This document shows positions 1-12,083 of a stretch of 64,000 nucleotides of DNA, one piece after another. The stretch's first letter is position 1. The number at the start of each line of letters is the position of its first letter. The translations under genes and the position numbers were made by a program. Under the pieces are notes generated by a model. The model was not told where the DNA came from. It did no database searches and saw only the letters and a list, made by a program, of their open reading frames with translations. Origin of the DNA: Trypanosoma brucei (taxonomy: Eukaryota); assembly GCA_000002445.1 (NCBI GenBank), contig CP000071.1, forward strand, positions 2,112,001 to 2,176,000, in the 5' to 3' direction.

Positions 1-1489
1 TACCAACACAACGCCAAAATCCTCGCACCACGTATTGTTGATTCAGGACAAAGATAACAACTGTGCGTCTACCTTCCTAATGAAGAATTAATAGCAAAAA
101 CAAAACACAGAAATCAATAAGTGTTCAACAAGTGCGCACAGAGATAAAATGACTCAATGAAACAAAAAGCAAAACAAAAGAAACGTGAGCAAATGAACAA
201 GGAGATAGTATATAAGACCAAAGTAGTTTGAGCGGATTCCAAAACAGGCCGTGTCCCACTGAAATTTTCTAACTCCTCAGCAGGTACTTTTTACCTAATA
301 TGTGTTTTACCATACATAGGATACCTCACTAAAGCATATCTTCAACTCCTTGAGCCGTGGTGAGTGACGTACCGGGCGTCTTTACGTCGTCCATCTCCTT
401 TACGCAAGTGAAGCTGACCGGTATTAATCGGAGTAGGTTCCTTCCAGCGGGATTAAGAGTTTTGGCTTTTCTACGCTAATGTTTCGGGTGCCATTTTCTT
501 TTTTTTTTGTACCATGATGAAGAAGTGAAGGAAACTACATTTTCATTGGGGTTCCGGTCTTGACTGACACTAGATGTGACGGAAGTGGATGGTTGGTAAC
601 AGATTTTCACCGTTCCAGTGGGTTTGTGCTTCGAAAATTGAGGACCCTTTGATAATATGGATGCAATCCATATTTTGAAGAAGCGATCGTGCTAACCAAC
701 GATAATTTTCAGGAAAGATTAAGGGGAATCCTCGCCATATTCCGCTGCTGATACAGTACCACATAATTTCCCCTCTAAATTGAACCTTGTAACCTAGTTT
801 ATTCCATAGGTAACACGTTTACCACATTTCTTTCATGGCAGTTTGCACGACCCTCGATAAGCATTCCATTGCATTAGCAGGGCATGAACTGTTATGTCAC
901 TATATCAGCCCATACCCCAATACTTGCTAGAAAAACAGAGCCAACTCCTTTGAGACATTGCTAGTGCTAGATTCACCACTTGGGACGTCCCGGAGTTCCA
1001 TACCTACCTCAGAGAAGCGCTTTGCGACGCACAGCAACAGCATATGCGGCACCGCAAATGTTTGAAAGCACCTCTCCCATATCCAAAAGTGTGTTACGTG
1101 CCTCGGGCTGATGCCGTATCCACATCGCACGACAACGGCCATCCGGAGGGGGGAAATCGCACCTTAGTGTAGCGGGTTACATTGGTCCCGCCTGTGCGCC
1201 AACTGAGACCACAGAGTGGGAGGAGCAAGTCATTCTTAGTAACACCAAGACGTCCGATGTGTTGCTTGGGTTTGATACGGCAGATGAAGCCGTACCAATT
1301 ACGGTCCTACCACCGCAGAACTCGGGTATCTCCAACATATATCGAATGTTCTCCTAAAAGCTCTCCGCTGCCTTCACAAGGGCGTGATGTCTCCACCATG
1401 AAGTAACTTTGTTACAAACATGTATTGTACCTTACTTTCACACCGTTTTTTCCCCCTGGAAGAACTGCTCGTCACTCCTACGTGTGCTT

Positions 1490-1745
1490 CACCGCATCTA
1501 TTCCCCCCAGGGTCTCCCTCTCCCTCTCTCCTTCTCCCTCCCCTTCTCCCCCACCCAAGGCCATCCCTCATTCGTAAACGCGCACGCCCACATCTAAAGC
1601 CCCAACACCCCAAACCCTCACTTCGAGGACACGATTCCGCGTCCAGGCAACACCAAAAGCCAGCACCTCGGCTAATGACGGTTAAATGCCCATTCCCTCC
1701 CTTCCCCCCCCCCCCCAAACACACACGCACACACACCGCAGAAAA
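1490..1745 (+). repeat. C-rich low-complexity block with a C13 homopolymer (1704-1716) and (CA)n/(CACG)-like tail
   Basis: Direct reading: ccccccagggtctccctctccctctctcc...cttccccccccccccccaaacacacacgcacacacacc. It lies in the ORF-free leader of the window. The G-rich antisense ORF 1374..1775 is an artefact of this bias. Confidence 0.9.
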
Positions 1746-1828
1746 GGAGTAATTGCAACGTCTCGACGGCATCAAGGTTGAGAACGGAACCTGGGGGTTG
1801 CCGCCACCGCGTTGGGTGCCCAGGGGCT

Positions 1829-1844
1829 GAGAGAGAGAGAGAGC
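1829..1844. repeat. (GA)n microsatellite
   Basis: gagagagagagagag read directly. Confidence 0.9.
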
Positions 1845-2093
1845 GAAACAAACGCTAGATCATCTCCACAGACGGCGGAGGTGAGCGCGAAGCCCCATGT
1901 AAGCTTCGCGGCACTGGAGCGCGCTGATGACGCTATGCGACAGGGAGCCCACCACAAAGAACGCGTCGCTGGGAACGTCAACCTCGAGGAGATGCAGAGC
2001 GTGAGAAGTATCCGTGGAAACCCTTCGATTCCACCCCCGTACTTGCATATATAACGTTGAGAGTTTTCACCCACCGTGCCACCATATGGAGAA

Positions 2094-2115
2094 ATATATA
2101 TATATATATATATAT
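2094..2115. repeat. (TA)n microsatellite, about 11 units
   Basis: atatatatatatatatatatat read directly. Confidence 0.9.
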
Positions 2116-3820
2116 GCCCCGAAGGACTTCAACCTCAGCAAAGGCATCATGAGGCGAACCCAAACCTACCGTTTCCACCTCGGCACGGTTCGCGTCATGA
2201 CTGGGCGGTAACGCACAGCCGGTGCGGGGCTCAACAAACGGCTAGACACAAAGTACGGAGGGGCTGCAACGGCTGGTGCGGTTCATGCAAGCGATGATGA
2301 CTACTAGGGCTGCGCGCTTTGCACGCCACACATGGTTTCACCAGCGGGGTGATCATACAGCTCAAGCAACCAAAAGGGGTGTCAAATGGGCCGCATCTTG
2401 TTTTGGGGTGGAATGTTGTCCAAGTTTAGTTGATAATGGCCGATCCAGTGTCAGCTCCACTCTCGCTGGAAGCTGCAAGATTTTTGCCAACCATCGTTGG
2501 GCCTGTCGTTGCAGCAGATCGAATGTTTTTAATTAGCTAACGGCATGCGCTGTGAGATATAATGTGGGCTCGGGGATGGCTCTATCGTTTGCAGTTGAAT
2601 GGTGTACTAATTTATCTTACCTGGTGTCAGGGGATGACATGACTTCTTCGGAACCTGTCCGTATGATAAAACACGGTTTTTGTAACGTCGGGTGATTTGA
2701 TATTTGGGGTAGCGTTGGGTGTTGGGAACCTTCTTCCGTTTTACCACTCCTATCGTTCAAAGCTGGGGTCGTCTTGTGGGTAAGGCTTGATATGAACATT
2801 TGGTGCCACAATCGGGTTGTCCGCAGCAGCACCAGCGTCACAGTGCACAGTTTCCTCCCCCTATTTAAGGGTTCTAGTCATTTATAAAATACCGCTGGCA
2901 TCGTTCTTATCAACAGACGCGCTTCTTTGGCCAACACTTTTGAAACCTATGTGCCAGAGACACTGTAATGAAGTGTCTTGTAATCGTGGCTGCGATCCTT
3001 GAGGTATATTGCTTACGCAGTTATGTTGCTTATGCTGGGTTTTGCGCATGCGAACACCGCATCAAAGCCTTAGTGGGGGGTTTCGCTTCCTGTTCTATAG
3101 TAGACTTTGCTTGGAAAAACTTCTTTCGAACTGTACTCCTTCCTGGACTTAATGGTTATTCTGACACCGACCGTTATGTTCTTTTTTTTTTTGCTTCGGT
3201 TATAAATAGGTAATTCCATACTCTGGTCACTGGCGAATCTGATTAGTAAGATCTAGATCTCTTTAGACAAGTGATTTTTTATCAACTAACTGCGAGTGTT
3301 AAGATAGCAAAAAGAAAAAAGGGGGTTTTGCGTTAAGCTATACATTTTTCTTTTAGCTACCTCTCACGCCACATGTCCCACTTGTGGCTGGTAATTACAA
3401 CTTTGTCGTTGAAGCTAACTAATTTTACCTTGGTATCGTGAAATGTGCTGGAGAATCATGTACGTGCATCCACTTGTTTGGGCATTATTGGGGTTAGGGA
3501 GGGGTCTTGTCACTTACGTGTTCTTTTTGCGGAAGCAACTGTCTTATGCTTGCTCGATAAATAAGTATTTATTCGGAGACTTTCCGACATCTCTCGATAA
3601 TGAAATATACGCTTGTTTGGGTCTGTGGAATGGTGACCGTTTTCAAAAGTTGGTCCGTTGATTGTCGTTTCCACCAGTGCTGTCACAGGGGATATTTAAC
3701 ACGCTTACTTTCGTTCGTCGCCCGTCATGGGGAGGGCATTCGTGCAAAAGTAACTAAGTGCTTTTCAGAGGCTTTGATTGATTTTTATCATTTGGTGTTG
3801 TTGTTTTGGGAGACCTGTTA

Positions 3821-3935
3821 ATATCCATATTACTAGGGAAATTTTGTGTTGTTTTCGGTATTACCTACTATTATTGTCTACATATTTTTTTAACTGTCTT
3901 TCTCTCCTTACTCCACATTTTTTCACGTGTGCTAC
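3821..3935 (+). promoter_or_regulatory. polypyrimidine/T-rich tract, probable trans-splicing acceptor signal for the 4043..7066 gene
   Basis: T/C-rich run (ttttgtgttgttttcggtattacctactattattgtctacatatttttttaactgtctttctctccttactcc) followed by AG dinucleotides, immediately upstream of the most plausible ATG. This is the standard kinetoplastid SL-addition signal arrangement. Confidence 0.45.
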
Positions 3936-4042
3936 TAAATCTTAAAATAGCGGTCAGAGAGACATCATCAGCCACGCACCCTCGTTTACTGTGGCGTGTA
4001 CGCAGACCCTCAGAACTGGCTGGGTATTATGTACCCGGACAG

Positions 4043-7000
4043 ATGCTTCTGTGCCGTCCCGAGCGGTGTTTCACCTCTCCACCTGAAAAAAGTCAAGGTG
4101 ACCGAGATGTTGCAACTACAGCTTTCCCTGGTCCTTATCCGAAGGTGAAGCGGAGCCACGCCAATCGCCACCATGGCACTACAAGATGTGGGGGAACGAG
4201 CGCATTAGATGCCGCTGAACTATCAAGGTTATGTTTAACACTACCTGTGCTTAACGCTGAGGAACACCATGCGGCGCGCAAAGAGATAAAGCGGGTCCCA
4301 TTAGTGCCCGGGCGCAAAGGATACAGTAGTGATGCCGAAGAAAAGGCAATAACTTACCTCCTGAACCATTGTCGTTTCCCTACTGAAGACTGGTGGACAT
4401 CCTTGAGTCTTCTTGCTCGTTGGCGTGAACTACCTCAGCAAAAACTGTTAAAAGAATCCCCTCTGGGCACATCAGCATTGTTCCCAAGACATATGTCAAT
4501 GGCTGCAAGTTCTCAGCTAATGCGATGTCTTTCCTATACCAAGCATGCGTGGGTAGATGTGTTAACTCTGTACGAGACTACAACACGAAATTCAGCGGTA
4601 TTAGGTGAAGTTCATGACGTAAAAGAGGATGATAAGGGCAAAAGTTGCTGTAGTGATGTCAGCCACCAAGCACTCCGCTGGATGCGACATGTGGCACTAA
4701 CGTCGCTTTTAAGTATTGGTCGGTGGAAAGAATCCTTACAGTTTTATCGTCATATGCTGTATCAGCGCGAGATGCCAAGTTATATTTGCACAGGTCATTT
4801 GATACAACGTCTTGGTGAGGTTGGACGGTGGGAACCGGTGTGTAACATTTTCAGTATCAGTCTTAAAATTCTTAAGGACGCTCGGGAGCGTGCCCCAGCA
4901 AAAAAATATCCAGAAGTGGTTACATATTCCTCACAGCAAATGATGTCGCGGGGAACAACCTCGAAAAGGCGAAGTGAGTGGGGTACAATGTTCTCTATGG
5001 CTCTGGACGTTGTATGTCGGTTATGTCATCAGCCTTACGTAGCCAAGTTAATGTTTGATCAGGCATACAGTATGAATGGAAGTGGAGTATTATTTCAGTG
5101 GGATGGCAATTTCTTGTCAGCGGTTCAGGCGTTACATTCAGAAAGGGAAAGGGCTGATATGCTGTGTCGTGCTCGCGCTGCTGGTCAGTTGGACTCCTTT
5201 AAACTTGTGCGCGGTCTTAACCATCACCAAAAGTGGCTGGATGCCATAGCTATATTTGCTGAGGCTGTGGAAACAGGGCAATTGACAAAGAGAGAAGTTG
5301 GGCAGTGTCGATTGAATATTCTTCACGCTAGTAACGTGACTAATATTCAGGGGATCGTGAGCCGTATTCAAGAAATCTGCAAACGCTCAGCGGATTCACT
5401 ACTACTAAATGATGCTGAGGTTGAGTGTGTTTTTTCAAAACATTACAACTTTAAAACGTTCTCGAATGCTTCAGTACCTATGCGAGTATATACCGTGGTC
5501 CCTCATTGGTTGTTTTGTCTCCGGCTTTTGTCGTACAACTATCCGCGATATCTGCTCGAAGATGACAAAGTACCAAGAACGGGGCAAAAACGCCTCCCCA
5601 ACGCCCGTATGATGTCTCTACTTCTCCGTCACTCCATGCCATGGACTGTAGCTATCCGTCTTCTTACTATTGCTCTGAGGCTGGGCGAACATTCAAACAC
5701 AAAAGCAATGGAAGCCACTTCCGATTCGCCCAGTGCAGCTCTAATGGTGAATCACGTCGCGGAAATTCTCTATGCACAAGGGCAAAGAGCCCGTGCGATA
5801 AGTTTGCTGGATTCAGTTTCGCACAGGCAATCGCTGTCTCCGTCCGCAAAAATGCTCGAATGCATACCGCTGACAATGTTGACGGCGGGCGGCAAAACTA
5901 AGGGAGGGACAGGACTAAAGGTTGACAACAAGGTTATTTATCATTATATACAGACAACAACGAATTGGATGCGGGCGCTCTCTGTTATCGAGGCCGTGGT
6001 ATATCAACGATCTTCTTCCACCAATCCTCTCGCTTCTTTACCTGCCTCTGTGCATTGCAGTGTTCTTCAGATGCTGCAACGTTGCTCACTACGAAATGCG
6101 TGGCTGCTTTCGTTTTTTTACTTCAAGTACTCAATGTCTGCAGTGCGGTTATTGGACAAAAAACAAGGGACAGTCCTGTGTCATGATCAACCGCACCTTC
6201 TGCAGAAGGAGGACCTACGTAATACGGTTTACAGCGTCATGTACGAAACCTTGCTGAATATTCTTAAAGCGCTGATTGATGAGTCCGACAAATGTAAAGA
6301 GAATGCGTGTTTCGAACTTGTTAGCGCTGTCATGACATTTTGCGGAGGGCGTGTTCCTGCGCATATGTTGCTTCCTAATCAAATGGATCGCCTTCTTCCA
6401 CGTGCAGCTGGTGCATTCAACACAGTACATAACGTGGAGCTGCGTGTGCGAATAGGGTTGAAACTTGTGCAGAGTGTTATTGAGCTTCTTTCGAAAGAGG
6501 TGAAGAAACAAAGGGGAAATTGTCGTGATAGCGACGTATTGTCTCTTGCCGTCATGTTCCACGGGTTGCAGAAGCTGTTATGCCGGGGGACAGAACACAA
6601 CCGGCGTATCCGATATACCGATGAGCTTTTACAACTCGGTTCCCCTCAACCGACACCCCACATGGGAGGTAGAGGAACAATAATGCAGGGGAAGCCTACC
6701 ACCTGCGGTGTGGAGGACAGTGTGCTGTGGCGGTATTCCCTTGAGTTGCTTGCTTTGCAGTGCGAGTGGTGCGGAACGTGCACTATGGCACCTGGAACAT
6801 TGAAACTTGTGTACCGCACGTGCGCTTATTCCGGTGGCCAATGGGGCGCTGCCCTACTCGCTACGCAATATATCCTGATGGAGCAACAACGAGATACAGC
6901 GATGAAGGGGCCGGTGGGACCGGATAACTGTTCCCTTTATTGTTCCCTGTTCGGTTGGGAAAAGGCACTCGGGTTTTGGTCCCTCCACTTCCCACATCGT

Positions 7001-7066
7001 GCACTAAGTGAGGTGCTACCTTATCCCAAGGGCGTAGACTACTGCATGAGCGACACTGAGCGTTGA
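4043..7066 (+). CDS. hypothetical protein, possibly a helical-repeat (PPR-like) mitochondrial protein
   Basis: Long uninterrupted ORF (3806..7066). The first 79 codons overlap a T/pyrimidine-rich tract (3821-3935) and encode an implausible hydrophobic peptide, so the start is probably the ATG at 4043 (MLLCRPERCF..., presequence-like). Internal ~35-aa segments resemble PPR/TPR-type helical repeats (e.g. RWKESLQFYRHMLYQREMPSYICTGHLIQRLGEVGRW). I recognise no enzyme motif. Confidence 0.7.
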   Translation: MLLCRPERCFTSPPEKSQGDRDVATTAFPGPYPKVKRSHANRHHGTTRCGGTSALDAAELSRLCLTLPVLNAEEHHAARKEIKRVPLVPGRKGYSSDAEEKAITYLLNHCRFPTEDWWTSLSLLARWRELPQQKLLKESPLGTSALFPRHMSMAASSQLMRCLSYTKHAWVDVLTLYETTTRNSAVLGEVHDVKEDDKGKSCCSDVSHQALRWMRHVALTSLLSIGRWKESLQFYRHMLYQREMPSYICTGHLIQRLGEVGRWEPVCNIFSISLKILKDARERAPAKKYPEVVTYSSQQMMSRGTTSKRRSEWGTMFSMALDVVCRLCHQPYVAKLMFDQAYSMNGSGVLFQWDGNFLSAVQALHSERERADMLCRARAAGQLDSFKLVRGLNHHQKWLDAIAIFAEAVETGQLTKREVGQCRLNILHASNVTNIQGIVSRIQEICKRSADSLLLNDAEVECVFSKHYNFKTFSNASVPMRVYTVVPHWLFCLRLLSYNYPRYLLEDDKVPRTGQKRLPNARMMSLLLRHSMPWTVAIRLLTIALRLGEHSNTKAMEATSDSPSAALMVNHVAEILYAQGQRARAISLLDSVSHRQSLSPSAKMLECIPLTMLTAGGKTKGGTGLKVDNKVIYHYIQTTTNWMRALSVIEAVVYQRSSSTNPLASLPASVHCSVLQMLQRCSLRNAWLLSFFYFKYSMSAVRLLDKKQGTVLCHDQPHLLQKEDLRNTVYSVMYETLLNILKALIDESDKCKENACFELVSAVMTFCGGRVPAHMLLPNQMDRLLPRAAGAFNTVHNVELRVRIGLKLVQSVIELLSKEVKKQRGNCRDSDVLSLAVMFHGLQKLLCRGTEHNRRIRYTDELLQLGSPQPTPHMGGRGTIMQGKPTTCGVEDSVLWRYSLELLALQCEWCGTCTMAPGTLKLVYRTCAYSGGQWGAALLATQYILMEQQRDTAMKGPVGPDNCSLYCSLFGWEKALGFWSLHFPHRALSEVLPYPKGVDYCMSDTER

Positions 7067-10000
7067 TGTGCACGAAAAGGATGCCTTGTGCACATTCTTT
7101 ATGTTGCTCGGGTATTGTGGGAAAAGTATGTGTGCACAATGTCGGTAGTGTTGTTGCTGTTGTTGTTTTTTTGTAGCGCTCCTACCTCAGTCATGCTCCA
7201 TGCGCCAGGTTGTGACTTGCTGCCCACATTAAGTCAGCTTTCCGTTCTGCGTTAGCTTCGGGCAAGGATGGCGTTAATAGTGTGGACTCATCAAACGGCA
7301 GCGGCATATCTTCTACAGCGATACTGGAACACCCATTTTCCCTCGGTTTTTTCCTGTTGGAGTGACTTGGGTGGCTCTCTGATTGATCTAACCGATTTCA
7401 TTCCCCTCAACGATATGAAAACCCAGTGTGATGCAGAACCGTGGCTCGAGGTGTGGAGAGTCAATAACTGCTATGGCCGTTCATCTATCATTACCTCTCA
7501 TACTTTCCCCTTGTTACCTTCGCTCGCCCGCTATCATTAACGATGGTAGGGTACTTCGTGGTTGATAGTGACAAGTCGAAGCGCTTGCAATAAGTTGAAC
7601 ATCGTGCCTAACAACGAAAGTGGAAGAATTGGCAAGAGTGTGTACAAATTTAATCAATTCAATATTGTCGGTCTACTGTCAGCTTTGTGGCCAATTGATT
7701 GTGTTTTCCTCTTGACGCTAAGCTTCTCTTCTTCACTTCAACCTCCTTTCATCGTTGCCATCAGAGTTAAAATCAAAGCAGGATCACAGCAAGCACCATC
7801 ATCTTCTTCTTCAGCTCTGCTTTTTCGTCCTACAGCTCGCCTACATGGTCAGGGGGCGGGATGTGTAAATTAGCAGTGAAACTCAATGTGCACGAGCGAG
7901 CACGCCAAGCGGTGCTTTGTCTGGGTGCCTGTGTTTATGATTGCTTTTTGGAAAGCAAGGGGTGTTGGTCCAGAAGGTTGGCACATTTTACCCTGGTGGA
8001 CGCCGCAGGCAAGTCGCCCACCGACAAAACCTTCGGCAGCGTAAAATGAACGTGTAGACATCATTCACATAAACCCTCGTTACTGGTTGTGTGGGTTCTT
8101 TGAGAAGTGTTTGACAATGGCAAAACCAGAAAGTGTCAAACGATGAAAAGGACTTAGTTGTATGCCCGGAAAAGTCGTGTCATTTACGTTGGAGGATGGG
8201 CAAACACGGAATGGCTCAAATTACTGACCAATGGATTTCAACAGGATTGCCCGTGTGCGCGTACCGCGCGGGGTGCCCTCCGGAAAAGGTAGCATAAAGG
8301 AGATGCTCAGGTATTAGCCATTATGAGTTGAGCCCCTTGCACAATGCCAAATGCGTCATCGCGCAGCCAGAGTCCAGTGGTTTCGGGGGCCTGACTCCGT
8401 GGGGAATCTAAATTTCACCACAGAACGGCACCTGGCTGTGACGTCGGGGGCCACTACCCCGTATTGTTGTGGAAAGGGAGAACCCCACAAGGCTCCTTAA
8501 ATGAAAAACTCCGACGCGCCACAAATACAGCCTCAGGCAGTGCAAAAACTGACTGTGCCGCGCAGAAACGCCGTTTCCTTGCCGTCGGTCTCTGCACGCG
8601 TGCCAGCGCGCCATCAGCAGAATGTGTCACTCCGTATCGCTGTGGGAAGAAAGCACAAGTAGTCGTTTCCGACTACCAACGGGTCAGGGAAAGTGTTGAA
8701 GCATAGGGCGGCGTTTTGGGAGCCTCTACCGCATTACGCATCAGCGTTTTTTGTTCGGAGGTGGAGGAACATCTCTTGATAGTGCACACGTGTAGCTTTG
8801 TTGCTCATCGTTTCGTCCACCATTTAGCGGGATGTTGAATGGCATGGCGGAGCCCATTATTGGCGCTATTTGAGACTGAACTGTCGGGTGGCTTTTTGTT
8901 TGAGGGGCTCGACAAGTCGTCCTTTTACATAGAGCAGGACGGTGCCGGCCATATAATCATCATGTGACTGTAATCTCTGGAAGGTGCAGCGAGCCACAGC
9001 GCACAAACTGAGTGCGGAGGAGCGGTAGTCTCAGTCAGAGCCATTTGAACGTCCACAGCTGCACATTAGCGCCGACTTGGCGGTGAATACGCACAATCAT
9101 GGTATGGATGTAGTGATGATCCCGGGGAGATGACTGGTTGCATTTGGAGGCGTAACCACTGCTGTTTGTACCGTATCACACCACCTGTGAGAAGACGATG
9201 GGGAAAAAGACTTGGAAGTCAGAGTTTATCCAATCATTTTGTGTCGGGGTCAGAAGAGTCGAAAGCAAACGCGTTGACGCATGTGCGGCAGAAGCGGAAT
9301 CGGTGGCCGTTCCAGCTGCTTCTGCAAGTGTAGCTACAGAGTTTTTGATCCGCCTCATTACTTTACTGCAGTGGAGCTGGGTGACGAGAAAGGGTTCGTA
9401 TTCGCTGCTATAGCGGCCGCCACGGTTGATTAAGCTGCATTTTGTCTTAGTGCTCATCCCGTGGAAAAAGGGGGCTCAAGGCAGGGGTAGGACTACTACT
9501 GGTGTATGGATTAGGAAAGAAAGTGCTGCAGGGGTAAAATAGTGGGATACATGGCTCAATGCTGAGCGCCATGCGGGAACGTGCAAACCTTTCGATGCCG
9601 CGATTCCAGGTAAGAGGAAAGGAGTTGCGATCTTGATCTCTTGGCACGGCTGGTTTTCTTCGGACCCTCATCTATTTATGCGAGTTTCAGTTATTCTCAG
9701 TGTTGGCACTGTGTTGGTGTGTTCAGCGCGAAGGCCCTTTACACGTGGAAGTGCCTGCGGCACCGGGGGTCCATAACCACTGCCATCACACCACGTGGTT
9801 AGTTATATCCTTATCTCCTTCCTGTTCATTTCGTTTTGCACTGAGTTCCTGTGATGTTATTACCCTTCCTCTACTGCTTTTTTACCTCTCATTTCCCACC
9901 ACTTCTTAACTCTTCATGGTGTGTTTGTGGATGCTTATCGATGATCAGTGATATTTGCGTTAGGTGAAGAACGGCGTGAGGGGAAGAGAAGTACTTAGTA

Positions 10001-10180
10001 ACACGGTATCTTTCGCGGTCCCTGGACAATATCTGAAAGTGAGCCGGTACCACTTCTGCCTCCTCCGCTCCACCTTCATCCTAGTGGATTTTTAAATTGG
10101 TGTGACCAACACACATTGTTATATAAACGGAGTCACAGAACTGCGTTCCAACCGCCGCTACTGCCAGCACATAAACGGCT

Positions 10181-11194
10181 ATGGGTTCCGGGGTAGGAAG
10201 ACTCGGAGAGAAAAGCCACGGCCATGAGGGGGGAGTCTTCAGAGGAGAGAACGGTAATAAAACTGACAACACTATCGCAGCCGCTGGAGACAGCGTTGGT
10301 GAAAATGGCCCGCGTCTGCTAGATGGGCTGCCCGCAGTATCGACGGCGAGAGGAAGCAAAATAGCTGAGGACGATGTGGACGCCGACGATGAGGAAAGTG
10401 ACTGTGATGCAAACCAGGATGATAACAGTCGTACGCAAAGGAAGAAGTTGGCACTCATCGTTAACAATGGCGATTGCGCCATTGCCCCAGAAAGTAGCCA
10501 GCAATTCAATGCAGTCCCTTGCACTGACCACCTTCCACAATCTACGCATCCTGCTGGGGGTGAAGAGATGATGAGAGTGCAGCAAACCTCAAACTCCGTA
10601 CCCAATCCCGCAGAAGCAGTGGGTACAGAAACTATCGGTGATAGGGAGCGGACGCGTGACAGTGCTGACTGTCAACTCAGACTAAGTGCCTCACGCCGCA
10701 GGATCACACACGGCAGGGACGATAAATCCAACAGCACAAAGACAGCGCCGTCCTCGGAGTTTATCCTGGAAATGGATAAAACAGCGAACGGCTTATCAGA
10801 CTACCCGAGCGACGGACCTGCACGCTCTAGCACCCAAGTCTCCCTGAGAGAACGAGGGCTGAAAGACATGACGTCGGTGCACAACCCGCAAGCTACACCC
10901 ACAAGCATCCTGCGAAAAAACAGCTGTGAGACGCGTGAGCTATCCCACAACCTGCAGTCGAACGCAAGCGACACAAACACCATCGACGGATCAGATATCC
11001 CCTCGCGAAGCCCCCGAATGGGGCCGTCTCTCCCCGTGTCAACGAACATAAACGATGCTGATATGCTTAGTAGTCACGAGGAGATGGAAGATGACCTACA
11101 GCGCATCTCTGCGTTGATCAGACGTATGCACCAGCAGGGGAATGACCCCCTACCGGGGGAAGCAGGGGGTGCCTCTGTGGGTTACTACCCGTAA
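10181..11194 (+). CDS. hypothetical acidic, Ser/Asp-rich low-complexity protein
   Basis: 337-aa ORF in the same orientation as the flanking genes, with polypyrimidine tracts on both sides. Composition is biased (D/E/S/N-rich) with no recognisable domain. Coding status rests on ORF length and strand consistency. Confidence 0.55.
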   Translation: MGSGVGRLGEKSHGHEGGVFRGENGNKTDNTIAAAGDSVGENGPRLLDGLPAVSTARGSKIAEDDVDADDEESDCDANQDDNSRTQRKKLALIVNNGDCAIAPESSQQFNAVPCTDHLPQSTHPAGGEEMMRVQQTSNSVPNPAEAVGTETIGDRERTRDSADCQLRLSASRRRITHGRDDKSNSTKTAPSSEFILEMDKTANGLSDYPSDGPARSSTQVSLRERGLKDMTSVHNPQATPTSILRKNSCETRELSHNLQSNASDTNTIDGSDIPSRSPRMGPSLPVSTNINDADMLSSHEEMEDDLQRISALIRRMHQQGNDPLPGEAGGASVGYYP

Positions 11195-12083
11195 TATCTA
11201 CTTACTTTTTTAAGGTGTACCTGTTTTGTTTTTTACCCTCTGGTTTAGTTGTATTGACTTGTTATGTTTTGCCGCACCATGCCCCCCCCCATCATCAATT
11301 TCATCTTTCCGCAGTGGTACATCTGCCTTAGTTGTTCTACCGTGTTGTGGGGGATGCACGTTGCCGCACGCGGCTAAATAGTATGTTTCCCCTTCTTTCT
11401 CCCCCCCCCCTCTCATATCCGCTCGTATTTTCTTGTTTTTTTTTTTTTGTGATTGCTCCCTTACAAGTAAATAAGCGAACGAATTTGTTCATTTAACTGT
11501 CGATGAGAGCATTATTTCAGATGTCTAATTTTTGTTTTCTTTTCAACTTTGTCCGTTCGTTTGCCTTGTCGTGCTGGCATGCAGTGCACGCTGCACACGT
11601 GTAACCCATCGGTTGAGCCGCAAGAGAGGACCACCGTGAGGATATGTGTATGTATATATACATACACATGCACAATCTTTGTGGCCTATGCATTTATGAA
11701 AATTTAACACTCTTGAGCACCACGAAGAGCACAAAAACTGGACGATTACACCCCCTCCTAACACTTGCTCCCGCCCCCCTGCAAACGCAAAACCCCCCCC
11801 CCCTTCTTCTGTCCCTTTCATCTTGTCTCCCACCTTCTGCGGCACGACCCAAAACTTAGAGTCAAACTTTGGCAAAAAGTACACAAGGTAAGGAGGAAGG
11901 AAATAGGGGTTGCTTTCTTTTTAAAAAAAGAGAGAGAAAATAAAGGGGGGCTGACAAACAGCACTCCCTCCTCAAAGTCTCCAAATCTAACTTGGACGGC
12001 AGCAGTGAGGGCGGTGCTATACGTAGAACTGGTTAGCAAATCGAATCAGCAAGCGGCACGCAACCTCGACGTGAAAAGCCACC

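Noticed and set aside
1374-1775. 133-aa G/R-rich ORF on the - strand
   Set aside because: Antisense of the C-homopolymer/C-rich block. The poly-Gly/Arg translation is a composition artefact, and no start context or flanking signals support it.
7067-10180. Small + strand ORFs (7268..7540, 7562..7873, 8464..8706, 9198..9413) in the 3.1-kb spacer after the first gene
   Set aside because: All are under 105 aa with no recognisable motif and no strong upstream pyrimidine tract. They more likely lie within a long 3'UTR. A snoRNA or small protein cannot be excluded without expression data.
10081-10605. 174-aa - strand ORF overlapping the 5' end of the 10181..11194 gene
   Set aside because: It is opposite to the uniform gene orientation, has low-complexity S/A/L composition, and overlaps a longer + strand ORF. 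I treated it as an antisense artefact.
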